Assembly (NCBI GenBank): GCA_043719805.1
Contig: JAYSTI010000055.1
Location: forward strand, 2,760 to 66,759
Direction of reading: 5' to 3'
DNA from: Candidatus Lloydbacteria bacterium
GTDB lineage: Bacteria; Patescibacteriota; Minisyncoccia; Phycocordibacterales; UBA6899
Length of the DNA: 64,000 nucleotides
Below the pieces are notes generated by a model, which was not told the DNA's origin, did not search any database, and saw only the letters and a list, made by a program, of their open reading frames with translations. Both the position numbers and the translations under genes were made by a program. This document shows, piece after piece, positions 48,892-58,819 of this stretch (positions are counted from its first letter, which is position 1; the number at the start of each line of letters is the position of its first letter).

Positions 48892-49003
48892 TGCACTATC
48901 ATAACGCCAGCGACCATCGGAAGCAAACTGTTCTATTCACGGTTGCACTATCATCACAATATGTTTACATGGGCCTAGATGTACCCACCCAAAGGAGATA
49001 TCA

Positions 49004-50014
49004 ATGAGCAGGATGCCCTCTCTCAATTCAAAACGGATTGCCGCACTTGCCGCATATGCACAAACGGCAATCATTCCGCCGCCACTCAATTTCTACAGTG
49101 TGACCGTTCGCGAGGGAATGGAATATATTTTCGAAGACATGTACCCTCCGCTTCATGCGCCGGGGACGCTCGATTTCTTTTTCTTCGCAATGATCCACAA
49201 TTACGGCTTCTGGACTGACGACGGAAAAAAGTATGTTTCACCGCTCTTTGGAAAGTTGAACGGGAGGGGCGGAGTCAAAGGTTCTGACCTTCTTTGGGGG
49301 GTCCTTCATTCTGCGTGGAAGAAGGACCCGAAATGTTTTTCCTCGCAGCGTCTTGCGACGATTTCCGATGCGGAATTCGCGACGATGTTTTCCGACGATG
49401 ACGGGCCGATTCCCCTCTTCAATACCCCGCGACGCATTGCACTCACGCGAGACTATGCAAGATGGTTTCGCACTCCGCGTTGGGCAGGACGATCACCCTC
49501 GGACCTCGTTGAATTTTCCAATGAAAGTTGTGACCCAGTAGGAACTTTGCGTGATATTCTCACACATCCGGAGAATGGAGTGCCGGGCTATCGTGAAGAC
49601 CCGCTCGGAAAGAAGGCAGAGCTTTTGCTCATGGCACTTGCGAATCGCCCGGAGAAACTGCTCGGTACATCGGAGAAGACCGTCTGGCATCCGATAATTG
49701 ATTACCACGTCATGCGTCTCGCACTACGCATGGGACTTACCTCAATGTCCCCAGCGTGGCGGGATGAAAATATCGCACGCCAACTGACTTCGCCTACGCG
49801 TGAAGAAGCAATCCGAGGGGCTGTGAAAAAGGGAGTCGAGAGCGTAATAAGGCTGTCGGGAAGAACGATGGCCGAAGTCGACAACCTCATGTGGTCGGCG
49901 CGCGCGTTCTGCCCCGAGGTCGCGGAACCGAATTGCGGCGCATGCTTATTGCAAAGTGTTTGCGAGAGAAAGACGGCCCTCTTCCAGCCCATCAGGCGTA
50001 CAACGTTCTACTAG
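49004..50014 (+). CDS. HhH-GPD superfamily protein, endonuclease III-like, with a 4Fe-4S cluster loop and a long N-terminal extension
   Basis: IIDYHVMRLALRMGL resembles the EndoIII VDTHVFRVxNRLGL segment. The C-terminus has C-x7-C-x2-C-x5-C (CPEVAEPNCGACLLQSVC) ending ...CERK. Confidence 0.5.
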   Translation: MSRMPSLNSKRIAALAAYAQTAIIPPPLNFYSVTVREGMEYIFEDMYPPLHAPGTLDFFFFAMIHNYGFWTDDGKKYVSPLFGKLNGRGGVKGSDLLWGVLHSAWKKDPKCFSSQRLATISDAEFATMFSDDDGPIPLFNTPRRIALTRDYARWFRTPRWAGRSPSDLVEFSNESCDPVGTLRDILTHPENGVPGYREDPLGKKAELLLMALANRPEKLLGTSEKTVWHPIIDYHVMRLALRMGLTSMSPAWRDENIARQLTSPTREEAIRGAVKKGVESVIRLSGRTMAEVDNLMWSARAFCPEVAEPNCGACLLQSVCERKTALFQPIRRTTFY

Positions 50015-50059
50015 ACCAATCGAAAAACAAAAAACCGCGAGCAGTGCTCGCGGTTATTT

Positions 50060-50470
50060 TCATGACTTTCTATTCAGGTCCAGTGCCGGAAACAACTCAT
50101 CGACCACGGCATGATTTGAAATGTCAGCACCTTCGGTCTTTAGGTACGGATTCAATATGCACATGAGTAGCGTGTCGGCTGAATCTCTCTCTTCGCATCC
50201 AAACAGCGTTAGGAGCCTCTCGGGTGTGAGCTTGTACACCGACATAAGCCCGGCGAGTGTGGCCGAGATTACGTACTTTGTCGCCAAAACATTGGTGCCG
50301 GCCTGAAATACGCTATTGCGCGTTTCGGGCGGAAGCAAGCAGTCCCCCTTCTTCCTGCGCTCCATCTCGCGAAGCACCTCAAGATACGAATACCCATTCT
50401 GGGGTCGACGCTTCTGCCATTCCACATCACCTGGGACTGTCAGTGAGGAGCCATTTATTGTCTTGGTCAT
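50060..50470 (-). CDS. Hypothetical protein (136 aa)
   Basis: ORF only. Confidence 0.4.
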   Translation of the reverse strand: MTKTINGSSLTVPGDVEWQKRRPQNGYSYLEVLREMERRKKGDCLLPPETRNSVFQAGTNVLATKYVISATLAGLMSVYKLTPERLLTLFGCEERDSADTLLMCILNPYLKTEGADISNHAVVDELFPALDLNRKS

Positions 50471-50558
50471 GCTCTACTCCTATTTCAATTGCATCCTTAC
50501 CAAGACTAACGCTTGCACCTCCCCCCGTCAAACATGTTACGATAGTGAGGTGAAAAAT

Positions 50559-51209
50559 GTGCACCCCATCATCTGGATATTGGGAGCAACCCTCCTTTGG
50601 GGTATTTGGCAAATAACTTCTGCGATACTGAATTACCATCCGATTAAAAACTATCCGCCAAAAGGTACTCATATTGTTGCGCTTGGTGACAGCCTCACGG
50701 TAGGAGTTGGAGCATCAAGTCCTGAAAAGGGATTTATTCCGGTGCTCGCAAAACGCCTCGACGCGACCATCGTGAACAAGGGTGTCAGTGGCGACACGAC
50801 GCACGACGCACTGCTGCGACTTTCGAGTGACGTATTGAGTGAACGCCCAAACATCGTCATCGTGCTCCTTGGCGGAAACGATTATCTCAAGCAAGTCGAA
50901 AGAGAAAAAACATTCTCGAATCTCCGCCTAATTATTAACAACATACAGTCGAATGGTGCGGTCGTCTTCTTACTCGGCATACGAGGGGGCCTCCTCGCGG
51001 ACCACTACGACAGCGACTTAGCTGCGCTGGCAAATGAAACGGGCTCTTTTTATGTCTCAAACGTACTCGAGGGACTCATCGGGAATAATTTGTTTATGTC
51101 CGACGAGATACATCCGAACGACAGAGGATATGAGAAAATTGTCGACCGCATCGCGCCAACTCTCGAAGGTATCATTGCGGCAGCGCCGCCGAAACCCGCT
51201 ACTCTGTAA
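50559..51209 (+). CDS. SGNH/GDSL-family hydrolase (lipase/esterase-like)
   Basis: GDSL block ALGDSLTVG, GGNDY and DEIHPN (DxxH). N-terminal TM helix. GTG start with a GAGG RBS. Confidence 0.7.
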   Translation: MHPIIWILGATLLWGIWQITSAILNYHPIKNYPPKGTHIVALGDSLTVGVGASSPEKGFIPVLAKRLDATIVNKGVSGDTTHDALLRLSSDVLSERPNIVIVLLGGNDYLKQVEREKTFSNLRLIINNIQSNGAVVFLLGIRGGLLADHYDSDLAALANETGSFYVSNVLEGLIGNNLFMSDEIHPNDRGYEKIVDRIAPTLEGIIAAAPPKPATL

Positions 51210-51699
51210 CAGTGCGTACTTCCCCCAATCGTGAGAAATACAATACCGTCTCTTCCCCCTCGTTGCGGAACGTCAAAAAAAGATTTCCGGATGGGAGGGC
51301 AAATGACATGCGCACCACATCGCGATCATCCTCGATCAGCACAATCTGATTTGCCTTCGCATAATTGCGATAAAATGTGCGAACGTCATTTTCACTTTGG
51401 CTGGTGACGTAGATCCATGTCGTATCATGAATAATCGGATTTCGTTCAATTGCATATCGTGCCGACGGCGGTGTCGCAAGTAACGCCTCAAACGTCTGCC
51501 TGCCTCCGTCCACATAGAAACCCCCCCATACCACGGCCCCTCCTGCAGCGACGAGGAACAGCGTATTAAACCAATACAAGCCGTGGTCAGGATGCCCCGG
51601 GGCCATTCGCCAAAGGATGGCCACCTCACGAAGTGAGAGCAGAACGAGAACGAATGCAATCAACCCAATGACGACCCAATATATTTCCACGGAGTTCAT
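51199..51699 (-). CDS. Membrane-anchored hypothetical protein, last gene of the L,D-transpeptidase operon
   Basis: N-terminal TM helix. Its start overlaps the upstream gene's stop (ATGA). Confidence 0.5.
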   Translation of the reverse strand: MNSVEIYWVVIGLIAFVLVLLSLREVAILWRMAPGHPDHGLYWFNTLFLVAAGGAVVWGGFYVDGGRQTFEALLATPPSARYAIERNPIIHDTTWIYVTSQSENDVRTFYRNYAKANQIVLIEDDRDVVRMSFALPSGNLFLTFRNEGEETVLYFSRLGEVRTVTE

Positions 51700-53174
51700 A
51701 CTTCGCGTTTATAGACAACTTCATCCTGAAGCAACATTTCAAGATTCATTAACTCTTTTACCCGTTGAAGTAGATTTGGTGTCGGATCTTCTGTCTCTCT
51801 TATAAATGCGCCCCCTTCTCGTTCAACGCCGTAAACGAAATGCTCACCAATGAACCGACGAAGTGCGCTGATGTCACCCGCCACGTCATCCGAATCCATT
51901 ATCACGAATGCTATAGTGCGCGGACCAAACTCTGCGAGTGGCAGGTCAAAAAGAAGCATCGCTCCGCTATGTCCCGAAGGATCATTCGCCACAAGTCCTC
52001 CACGGAACGCACCATCACCCGAGAGCACCCATGGATTCTTATTCGTCCAATTATATCGCTCATCTCCGTCGACATCAGTGAGCGTCTGCTCTCTAGCAAG
52101 TGTAACGTCTAGGAGGAAGTGTTTGCGTTCGTTCACATAGCGCAACAGCGTCATGAGGTCACGAGCGGTCGTTGTTGACTCATCGCTTGATAACGCGCCA
52201 CCAAATATTGTGTCGTTCATTCCGATGGCTCTACTTTTTTCATTCATGTACGTAACAAATTGCTTTGTCCCGTGCTCTTTCGCAAACACCCTCGCGGCAG
52301 TATCACTTCCGTCGAATAGGAGTGGGTACATCAGCGTTCCTGCGGGCATTTCATCAATGGCACCAATGGAATACTTTCGGAGTATCGCACTGCCCATGAG
52401 TAATTCGCTCATGCGCACAAGCTTGTATTGATTGACGGTCTCGACTGCGGTAAGCCCCGATGCAAGCAACGCCAACCCCTTAGGCCCCTTGAGGTCTCGC
52501 GCTCGTCTCTCCCACAATGTCGCACCCGTATTGGCGTCCGCAACGACGAATGATGACGCAGAAATTTTCGGCAGATGGCCTTCCCCGTGGAGATAGTAGC
52601 GCGAGGAGGTCGCAAATTCGTCGTCTTTTACGCCGGAGAGCACCATTATCTTTGCACCGCGCGGAATGAACTCGTAGACCATGCGGGCGTCCTCCGTTGC
52701 GAGGCGGATACAACCACCGGAGTACCCGACAGGAACATCCTTTCCATTCACATAAGTCGGCCAACCGTGAATGAAAAAGTTGCCGTAAAACTGCATACTG
52801 TACGGCATCCACGTTCCGCCAATTGACGAATAATGCTTCACTTCTTTTGCCTGGATTGTATATGCGCCGGTCGGCGTCTCCCACGGTGTTCCGGGACGCC
52901 CCTTCGAAAGAATGGGAAATATATTCTTTACCACACCACCGTCATACAGCGAAACTTGCATCGACTCGAGGTCGGCAATGAGCACCCTCCCAATCGGTGA
53001 TATCCCGGACTGAGTCGAGGCGGGCACATTCGCAGCAAATTTGTACAGGAGTGCGGTCGAGCGCTCGCTGACGGTTTTTTGTACAGGCTGGAGCAGGCTT
53101 CCCCCGATGATAAGCGCAACGAGAGAGAGGCACGCACCAGCAAACAAGAGCAAGCGGGCGTACGTCTTGTTCAT
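51696..53174 (-). CDS. L,D-transpeptidase (YkuD domain) fused to a C-terminal D-Ala-D-Ala carboxypeptidase-like (penicillin-binding fold) domain. The carboxypeptidase domain is possibly degenerate.
   Basis: Catalytic HGW...YSGGCIRLATEDARMVY. The downstream domain resembles S11 carboxypeptidases but no SxxK could be located by eye. Start at MNKTYARLL (ATG 53174). Confidence 0.7.
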   Translation of the reverse strand: MNKTYARLLLFAGACLSLVALIIGGSLLQPVQKTVSERSTALLYKFAANVPASTQSGISPIGRVLIADLESMQVSLYDGGVVKNIFPILSKGRPGTPWETPTGAYTIQAKEVKHYSSIGGTWMPYSMQFYGNFFIHGWPTYVNGKDVPVGYSGGCIRLATEDARMVYEFIPRGAKIMVLSGVKDDEFATSSRYYLHGEGHLPKISASSFVVADANTGATLWERRARDLKGPKGLALLASGLTAVETVNQYKLVRMSELLMGSAILRKYSIGAIDEMPAGTLMYPLLFDGSDTAARVFAKEHGTKQFVTYMNEKSRAIGMNDTIFGGALSSDESTTTARDLMTLLRYVNERKHFLLDVTLAREQTLTDVDGDERYNWTNKNPWVLSGDGAFRGGLVANDPSGHSGAMLLFDLPLAEFGPRTIAFVIMDSDDVAGDISALRRFIGEHFVYGVEREGGAFIRETEDPTPNLLQRVKELMNLEMLLQDEVVYKREV

Positions 53175-53815
53175 GACTTGTGCGAAAGGAGTGTGCGTAG
53201 TCGACGGAACCCGTTCATCCAGAAAAAGAATATCATCGCAACAACGGCGCCGAGCGTGTCCGCCAGCATGTCCTTCTGTGCATCCCAGATGTCTCCCTGA
53301 CTTCCAAGATAGTCGTCTGCGGCAGCTCCACCGTACCCCGACGCATATAGCCACTCAATCAGTTCATAGCTCATTGCGGCGGTTGCGATAACAAATATCG
53401 GATACGTAAATAACAAAAAACGATTTACCACGAGGCGTTTTACGAGCAGCCATTCAGCTATTGCAAAGGCGTAGAAACCAACGGAGAAATGAGCAATGCG
53501 ATCGTAATGGTTTCGCTCGAAGCCGAAAAAATCTGTAAACCAGTCAAAAGGGACTTTTGCAAACGTATAATGTCCACCCACGGTATGCAAAAAAATGAGT
53601 ACTGCCATTAAGGCGTACGCGGTATTGGAAAAACGCACCTTCAGCACATACAAAAGGGCGAGTACTCCCACAATGATGAGTACGGTGAGATTCTCGGCGA
53701 ACCACGTCTGCCGGTCAACCGGGTTGATAGCGAGCAAAGCAAAAAGACACGCATAAAGAACGAGGAGCGCGAGAGGAAATTGCGAAGGGCGCTGAACTGA
53801 GTTGTGTTGTTGCAT
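53171..53815 (-). CDS. Polytopic membrane protein (YjdF/DUF2238-like; family tentative)
   Basis: Approximately 6 TM helices. Translationally coupled to the L,D-transpeptidase gene. Confidence 0.45.
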   Translation of the reverse strand: MQQHNSVQRPSQFPLALLVLYACLFALLAINPVDRQTWFAENLTVLIIVGVLALLYVLKVRFSNTAYALMAVLIFLHTVGGHYTFAKVPFDWFTDFFGFERNHYDRIAHFSVGFYAFAIAEWLLVKRLVVNRFLLFTYPIFVIATAAMSYELIEWLYASGYGGAAADDYLGSQGDIWDAQKDMLADTLGAVVAMIFFFWMNGFRRLRTLLSHKS

Positions 53816-53838
53816 ATACTATAGAGTATAGCAAAATT

Positions 53839-54447
53839 TCACTTACTATGAGTACGTTTGTGTTTCTCCGATTTCTCGAGAAGAAGACGCTCGCGCCGTC
53901 TACGGAACCATGCGATTGTCTGGATAACCACAGTAACCAAGATAATTGCCGCAACGATGCCCCCCTCAAACTTCTTCATATTTCCCAAAAATCGTTCTAT
54001 CGCACCACCAAACGCATACCCACCAAAAACGAACAAATGCGCCCACACAATGGCGCCCATCAGATTGAGTATGAAATAGCGGATTCCGGAGACCTTGCTT
54101 GTGCCAATCACTACCGGAATAATCGCCCGAAAGCCATAGAGAAAGCGTGAGCCAAAGATTAGCCAATCCTGATAGCGCACCATCCATACGTGAATCTTTT
54201 CCACGCGGTCGTGCCACTCGGGATGGCGTCGGAGTATGGTTCGCCCCTTGAGGCGTCCAAAATAAAAAAACGACTGGTCACCGATGACCGCTCCGGCTAT
54301 CGCAATCGGAATCAACAGTCCCAATTCAAGCCCCCCCTGATATGCGACAAATCCCGCAAGTGCAACAACTATCTCGCCCTCAAGCAATGTGCCGATGAAC
54401 ACGATGTAATAACCGTAGTTATGTATTAGTTCCACTAGAAAATCCAT
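53839..54447 (-). CDS. DedA/SNARE-associated family membrane protein
   Basis: VALAGFVAYQG...GRLKGRTILRR...FLYGFRAIIPVV matches the DedA pattern. Start taken at MDFLVEL. Confidence 0.8.
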   Translation of the reverse strand: MDFLVELIHNYGYYIVFIGTLLEGEIVVALAGFVAYQGGLELGLLIPIAIAGAVIGDQSFFYFGRLKGRTILRRHPEWHDRVEKIHVWMVRYQDWLIFGSRFLYGFRAIIPVVIGTSKVSGIRYFILNLMGAIVWAHLFVFGGYAFGGAIERFLGNMKKFEGGIVAAIILVTVVIQTIAWFRRRRERLLLEKSEKHKRTHSK

Positions 54448-54497
54448 GCGAAAATTATAGCATAAAACAGGAATTGCCCTGCGCGAAACACTTCCTT

Positions 54498-54872
54498 CTA
54501 TTTCTTGAGCAAGTCGCGAATCTCTATAAGGAGTTTTTCTTCGGGCGACGGCTCTACGGAAATGACCGGTTGTATGACTTCTTCTTTTTTGCGGAGCACG
54601 ATGACAGCCTTTACGACAAAGAAAAGTGCCCACGCAATAATCATGAAGCTAAATATGCTTTGAAGGAATTTTCCGTACAATACGGAGACGTCCCCCATCT
54701 GAATGTGCAATCCGGTAAAGTCGATGTTTCCGGTAAGTGCGCCGACAAGAGGCATGATGACATCCCCCACCAAAGAGTTCACAATGGCGCCAAACGCCGT
54801 ACCAATGACAACTCCAACGGCGAGGTCGACGACATTCCCCCTCATGGCAAACATTTTAAATTCGTGGAGCAT
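54498..54872 (-). CDS. mscL: Large-conductance mechanosensitive channel MscL
   Basis: [41 protein letters not shown]. Confidence 0.85.
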   Translation of the reverse strand: MLHEFKMFAMRGNVVDLAVGVVIGTAFGAIVNSLVGDVIMPLVGALTGNIDFTGLHIQMGDVSVLYGKFLQSIFSFMIIAWALFFVVKAVIVLRKKEEVIQPVISVEPSPEEKLLIEIRDLLKK

Positions 54873-54957
54873 AAAATAGTATTTTATTAGTGATGAAAGT
54901 ATTTTAACATACGAAAATAAAAAACCCCTCCTGCCTGCATAGGCAGGAAAGGTGGGG

Positions 54958-56031
54958 CTAGCGCTTCTTCCAGTGAAACAATGTGTGAAACAAGTCGCCA
55001 CGCACATTCCAGAGCAAGGTGATGATGCGACGTCCAAGATCGAGAAAAATGTGCACGAGTTCTTCGAATCGCTCCTCAAGCTTCCCCTGCTCGCTATGAA
55101 TGCGGACGACGGTATCCTTGGCGAGTTTGACGCGAATCTTTCCCCACTTCACGATGTCCTGTATCGCATGACGATGCTTCTGGAGTACCAGGTGGTCGAT
55201 GTGCGGATACACAATCTTGTCCGCATCGTCACGTGGTGTCGAAACATTGCCGAATGCATGCTCCATGTCTTCAAGTGGCGCAGTGGCATCGTCCGCCCCG
55301 TGAATGAAAAGCACGGGAACGAATATCTTGTACATATTGTCACGTGCCTTTTCTGAGGCGATGAGGATCTGATTTGCCGTCCACGCGCTCATCGCCCCCT
55401 TAAAGTGTCGGGGGTCATCGCGGGAAAATTCATCTTCCTCATATGTTGCCACAGACATTCTTGGATGCACGCGGACCATAAGCTTAAAGAACGGCTTCAC
55501 CACTTTTTTCCATCGAAGAATTTCCTTCCTTGCGTTGTGGTCCACGCGTAGCGGCACAGCGATAAGCACGATGCCTGCAATGTACTTCTGCAGGTACGGA
55601 TAGATCTGCAACAGGCGCAGTATCACGAGTGCGCCGATGCTGTATCCGACCAATATCGTCGGCACCTTGCTCTTGGATTTCGACTCGAGCATCGCAAACA
55701 ACATCGACTTCAACGTGCGAATAAGTACCGCAAACGAGGCAATCTGCCCCTCAAGTTCAGGGCGCTCATTCCGACTCTTGCCGAAATTCGGAAGGTCGAA
55801 TGATGCGATATTGAACTGCGCATCGTCGAACGCATTCGCAAGGTCCTTGAAGTGCGGGGCGCGCACATTTCCACGGTAGCCGTGGACAATAATGGCATTC
55901 CCTTCCATCAAGGACTCTTTTTGATCGTGCCAAGTGCGATAGACACCGGCGCGAACCTTCTTCTCTACCTGCTTGCGGTAGTCCTCCATAAACTCAGGCG
56001 TGAGCTTTGGCATGGGGTTCTCCTGTGTCAA
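54958..56031 (-). CDS. Alpha/beta-fold hydrolase (lysophospholipase/esterase-like)
   Basis: GxSxG nucleophile elbow VGYSIGA, with HGADD and downstream His. Confidence 0.7.
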   Translation of the reverse strand: MTQENPMPKLTPEFMEDYRKQVEKKVRAGVYRTWHDQKESLMEGNAIIVHGYRGNVRAPHFKDLANAFDDAQFNIASFDLPNFGKSRNERPELEGQIASFAVLIRTLKSMLFAMLESKSKSKVPTILVGYSIGALVILRLLQIYPYLQKYIAGIVLIAVPLRVDHNARKEILRWKKVVKPFFKLMVRVHPRMSVATYEEDEFSRDDPRHFKGAMSAWTANQILIASEKARDNMYKIFVPVLFIHGADDATAPLEDMEHAFGNVSTPRDDADKIVYPHIDHLVLQKHRHAIQDIVKWGKIRVKLAKDTVVRIHSEQGKLEERFEELVHIFLDLGRRIITLLWNVRGDLFHTLFHWKKR

Positions 56032-56156
56032 GAAACTACTCTACATTTAGACTAGTCCTCTTGACCTATTCGGTCAATCATTTTGTGGTCTTGCAATTGT
56101 TTACCTGGGTGCTAGGGTTGAGGGAGAAAAATTCTTTCAACTTCAAAGGCAAATAA

Positions 56157-56759
56157 ATGACCCCGCTCTTGATGATCTTGCTTGTCGGGCTCCTGGCAGT
56201 GCTCCCGGTTGTTTACGCCGTGACGGTGGTCCTCGCAAATCACCGCAGAGATGCACGCCTGCGGGCACTCTGCGTTCGGGATATTCTTCAGCACATCCAT
56301 GCCGTACTACAGAACCCGAAGGCTCCCGTCGTGCTCGCACACCAAAACAAAACGACTGCCGGTGCAATATTCTCGGGGCGCAACTTCTTTTGTGACTGCA
56401 TGTGGCCGGTTTCCTCGTCCGGTACAGTCAGCAGCGACGATGGCAGTGCAATATTGCGCTCACTCGACGGATATCTGGGATTTGCGGAAAAAGACGCGCT
56501 GAGGGAACGCCTCGAGTATTTCGGGGTTCACGCAGAGCGCGATGCCACGCTCAAATTTCTCATACAGGGAGATGCTGGGAGAAATGCCGCTGTGCGCAAG
56601 CAACACGGTATCTGCTACAAGGTCGACGCGGAGCATGCTTCCGGGGACATCACACCTGTGATATATGGGGTTCTCCCACGGGCAATCCTCGAAGACATCG
56701 ACGATGACGAGCTCCTCGAAGACATATTCGCAGTACTTCAGTCGTACAGTAAAAGCTGA
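56157..56759 (+). CDS. Hypothetical membrane-anchored protein (200 aa)
   Basis: N-terminal TM helix. Followed by an intrinsic terminator. Confidence 0.45.
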   Translation: MTPLLMILLVGLLAVLPVVYAVTVVLANHRRDARLRALCVRDILQHIHAVLQNPKAPVVLAHQNKTTAGAIFSGRNFFCDCMWPVSSSGTVSSDDGSAILRSLDGYLGFAEKDALRERLEYFGVHAERDATLKFLIQGDAGRNAAVRKQHGICYKVDAEHASGDITPVIYGVLPRAILEDIDDDELLEDIFAVLQSYSKS

Positions 56760-56769
56760 AACACCGTTC

Positions 56770-56793
56770 AACCCCGCTATGGCGGGGTTTTTT
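56770..56793 (+). terminator. Intrinsic terminator CCCCGC-tatg-GCGGGG followed by TTTTTTGC
   Basis: Read directly from the sequence. Confidence 0.6.
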
Positions 56794-56851
56794 GCTTGCA
56801 GGAATTCTTCATCATGATAACGTAAGAGGAGAAATTTACCGGAGGAATTTC

Positions 56852-57352
56852 ATGGAATCTCTGCTGAAAATACTGCTCATTCTCTCGCTCATATTTGGCT
56901 TCTTTCATTGGTGGCCGAGAAACCGTCGAAGGGCAGACCTCGTAGAGCATCTCACGCTCGTCTTGGGTGAAATTAAATCCGGTAAGTACGCCGTCGTGGT
57001 AAATGATGCTGCCGGGGTTCAAACCATTGAACTCAAAAATTCGATGTCGAGACACCTGTATGAGCTACATGCAGCACACGAATCTCTCTCCTGTAATTGC
57101 TTCTTTGCCGACAAAGAGGACTCAGGGGCGAATGTCACCTTCGTTTCACGACCATCCGGCGGTGGGGGTAACAGAAAAGTAACATTCTTGCGCAACAACA
57201 CGCTCATGGGTCGGACGCTCTATCACCAAACCGGATCGACGCGTAAAAAAGCGGTCCATAAATTGTTCGATGATATTTTCGAGCAAGTGGCCATCCTTTA
57301 CGCAACAAACCCCGTCGACAACCGTAACGTTGGGTTTGCCAAGGATTCATGA
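56852..57352 (+). CDS. Hypothetical membrane-anchored protein (about 166 aa)
   Basis: GGAGG RBS followed by ATG 56852. TM segment LLKILLILSLIFGFF. Followed by a terminator. Confidence 0.45.
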   Translation: MESLLKILLILSLIFGFFHWWPRNRRRADLVEHLTLVLGEIKSGKYAVVVNDAAGVQTIELKNSMSRHLYELHAAHESLSCNCFFADKEDSGANVTFVSRPSGGGGNRKVTFLRNNTLMGRTLYHQTGSTRKKAVHKLFDDIFEQVAILYATNPVDNRNVGFAKDS

Positions 57353-57401
57353 GGACCGACCACCACAAGGTGGTCTTTTGCATCACGTGACCTACGGCCA
57401 A

Positions 57402-57436
57402 TTTATAGAAACAAAAACATCCGCCTCAAGCGGATG
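57402..57436. terminator. Bidirectional terminator ACATCCGC-ctcaa-GCGGATGT with A/T flanks
   Basis: Serves convergent genes. Confidence 0.55.
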
Positions 57437-57460
57437 TTTTCTTTATATCGAGACTAATCG

Positions 57461-58075
57461 TTACCGATATTCAAATAAGTCGCTCTCTGCGAATCGGAAT
57501 TTCGGAAATGCGGGTTCTGCCGCCCTGAATCCGACCGTCATATACGCAACTGAGCGCAGATGTGCAGGAAGTCCGAGCACTTTGTCGACCTCGGCATTTG
57601 TGAATCCCTCCATCGGACATGCATCGACACCGAGTTCCGCGGCCGCGGCGAGTCCGAATCCTAGTGCGATATACGCCTGCTTCGACGCCCACGCAATCGT
57701 GCCTGTTTGTGCATCGAGTGCACCATGCATCATATCTTGGTAACCCTTCATGGCGGCTTTTGCGTCGGCATTTCCCCCGGTCACTTCCTCAAAATACTGA
57801 TCCACGCGAGGTGTCACATCAGTGCGTGCACAGAAAATAAACAGCTGCGACGCATCGGTCACCTGCGACTGATCGTATGATACCGCACGAAGTGCCTTGC
57901 GAAGCGCTGGGTCGGTTACCACCACGACGTGAAGCGGCTGAACACCATACGATGTCGGCGCGAATCGCACCGCGCGAGTGATCTCTGCTAATTGCTCACT
58001 AGTAAGTTTTTTGGCCGCATCAAATTTCTTTGTTGCGAAACGCCAGTCAAGGCGTGATAAAAATGTGTTGGTCAT
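57461..58075 (-). CDS. Nitroreductase-family NAD(P)H oxidoreductase
   Basis: NfsB-like pattern RFAPTSYGVQPLHVVVV... at dimeric nitroreductase length. Confidence 0.75.
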   Translation of the reverse strand: MTNTFLSRLDWRFATKKFDAAKKLTSEQLAEITRAVRFAPTSYGVQPLHVVVVTDPALRKALRAVSYDQSQVTDASQLFIFCARTDVTPRVDQYFEEVTGGNADAKAAMKGYQDMMHGALDAQTGTIAWASKQAYIALGFGLAAAAELGVDACPMEGFTNAEVDKVLGLPAHLRSVAYMTVGFRAAEPAFPKFRFAESDLFEYR

Positions 58076-58230
58076 GCGGGAATCTTAGCATGCGAAGTAT
58101 TGATTGTGAAGATTGTCGACCGGGTCTTCCTGCGCTCCGGTCATGGAGAAAAATACGTTGAAGCAGGGCCGTAAATTAGAGGTGCTACTCGCGGTAGCTT
58201 CTCCTTGTAACCTTTTCACGCTAGCATCAC

Positions 58231-58818
58231 ATGATAATGGAGAAGAAAGCAATGGCACAAAAAGACGCGTTACACGAATGCATACGGAGGGCGAGTGCGG
58301 GCGACAAAAACGCATTCCAAGGTATTTTTGACGCAACCAATGACAAAGTCTTTCGTTTTCTTCTTGGCCAGCTTCGTGACCGCGACCAGGCACTCGACAC
58401 CCTCCAGGACGTGTTCATTGATTTCTGGAAGGGTCTTCCGAAGTTCCAATACCACAGCGAAGAAGAGTTTTGGGGATTTATCTTTTTAATTGCGCGGCGA
58501 AAGGTCTATGCGCACAGGAGGGGTGCAGAAAAACTTCCCATAGCACTAGAAAGCGAAACACTTGAGTTCCTTCACGAAGCGACACATCCCGGCGTCTCTC
58601 CTCACGAAGACTACCGAATACTCGAATCTGCGATGTGTAAAATCAGCGCACTCTCGAAGGAGGTCATCACGATGCGACATTGGTCAGAATTGTCTTTCAA
58701 GGAGATTGCCATCGCAACCAACACCACTGAAAATAACGCCAAAGTACGCCACCACCGCGCGTTGAAAGAATTACAAGCCTATCTCCCAAAAGCCTATGTC
58801 GAACAACGATACATATAA
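58231..58818 (+). CDS. RNA polymerase sigma factor, ECF family
   Basis: Region 2 DVFIDFWKGLPKF and region 4 LSFKEIAIATNTTENNAKVRHHRALKELQ. Confidence 0.75.
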   Translation: MIMEKKAMAQKDALHECIRRASAGDKNAFQGIFDATNDKVFRFLLGQLRDRDQALDTLQDVFIDFWKGLPKFQYHSEEEFWGFIFLIARRKVYAHRRGAEKLPIALESETLEFLHEATHPGVSPHEDYRILESAMCKISALSKEVITMRHWSELSFKEIAIATNTTENNAKVRHHRALKELQAYLPKAYVEQRYI

Positions 58819-58819
58819 T

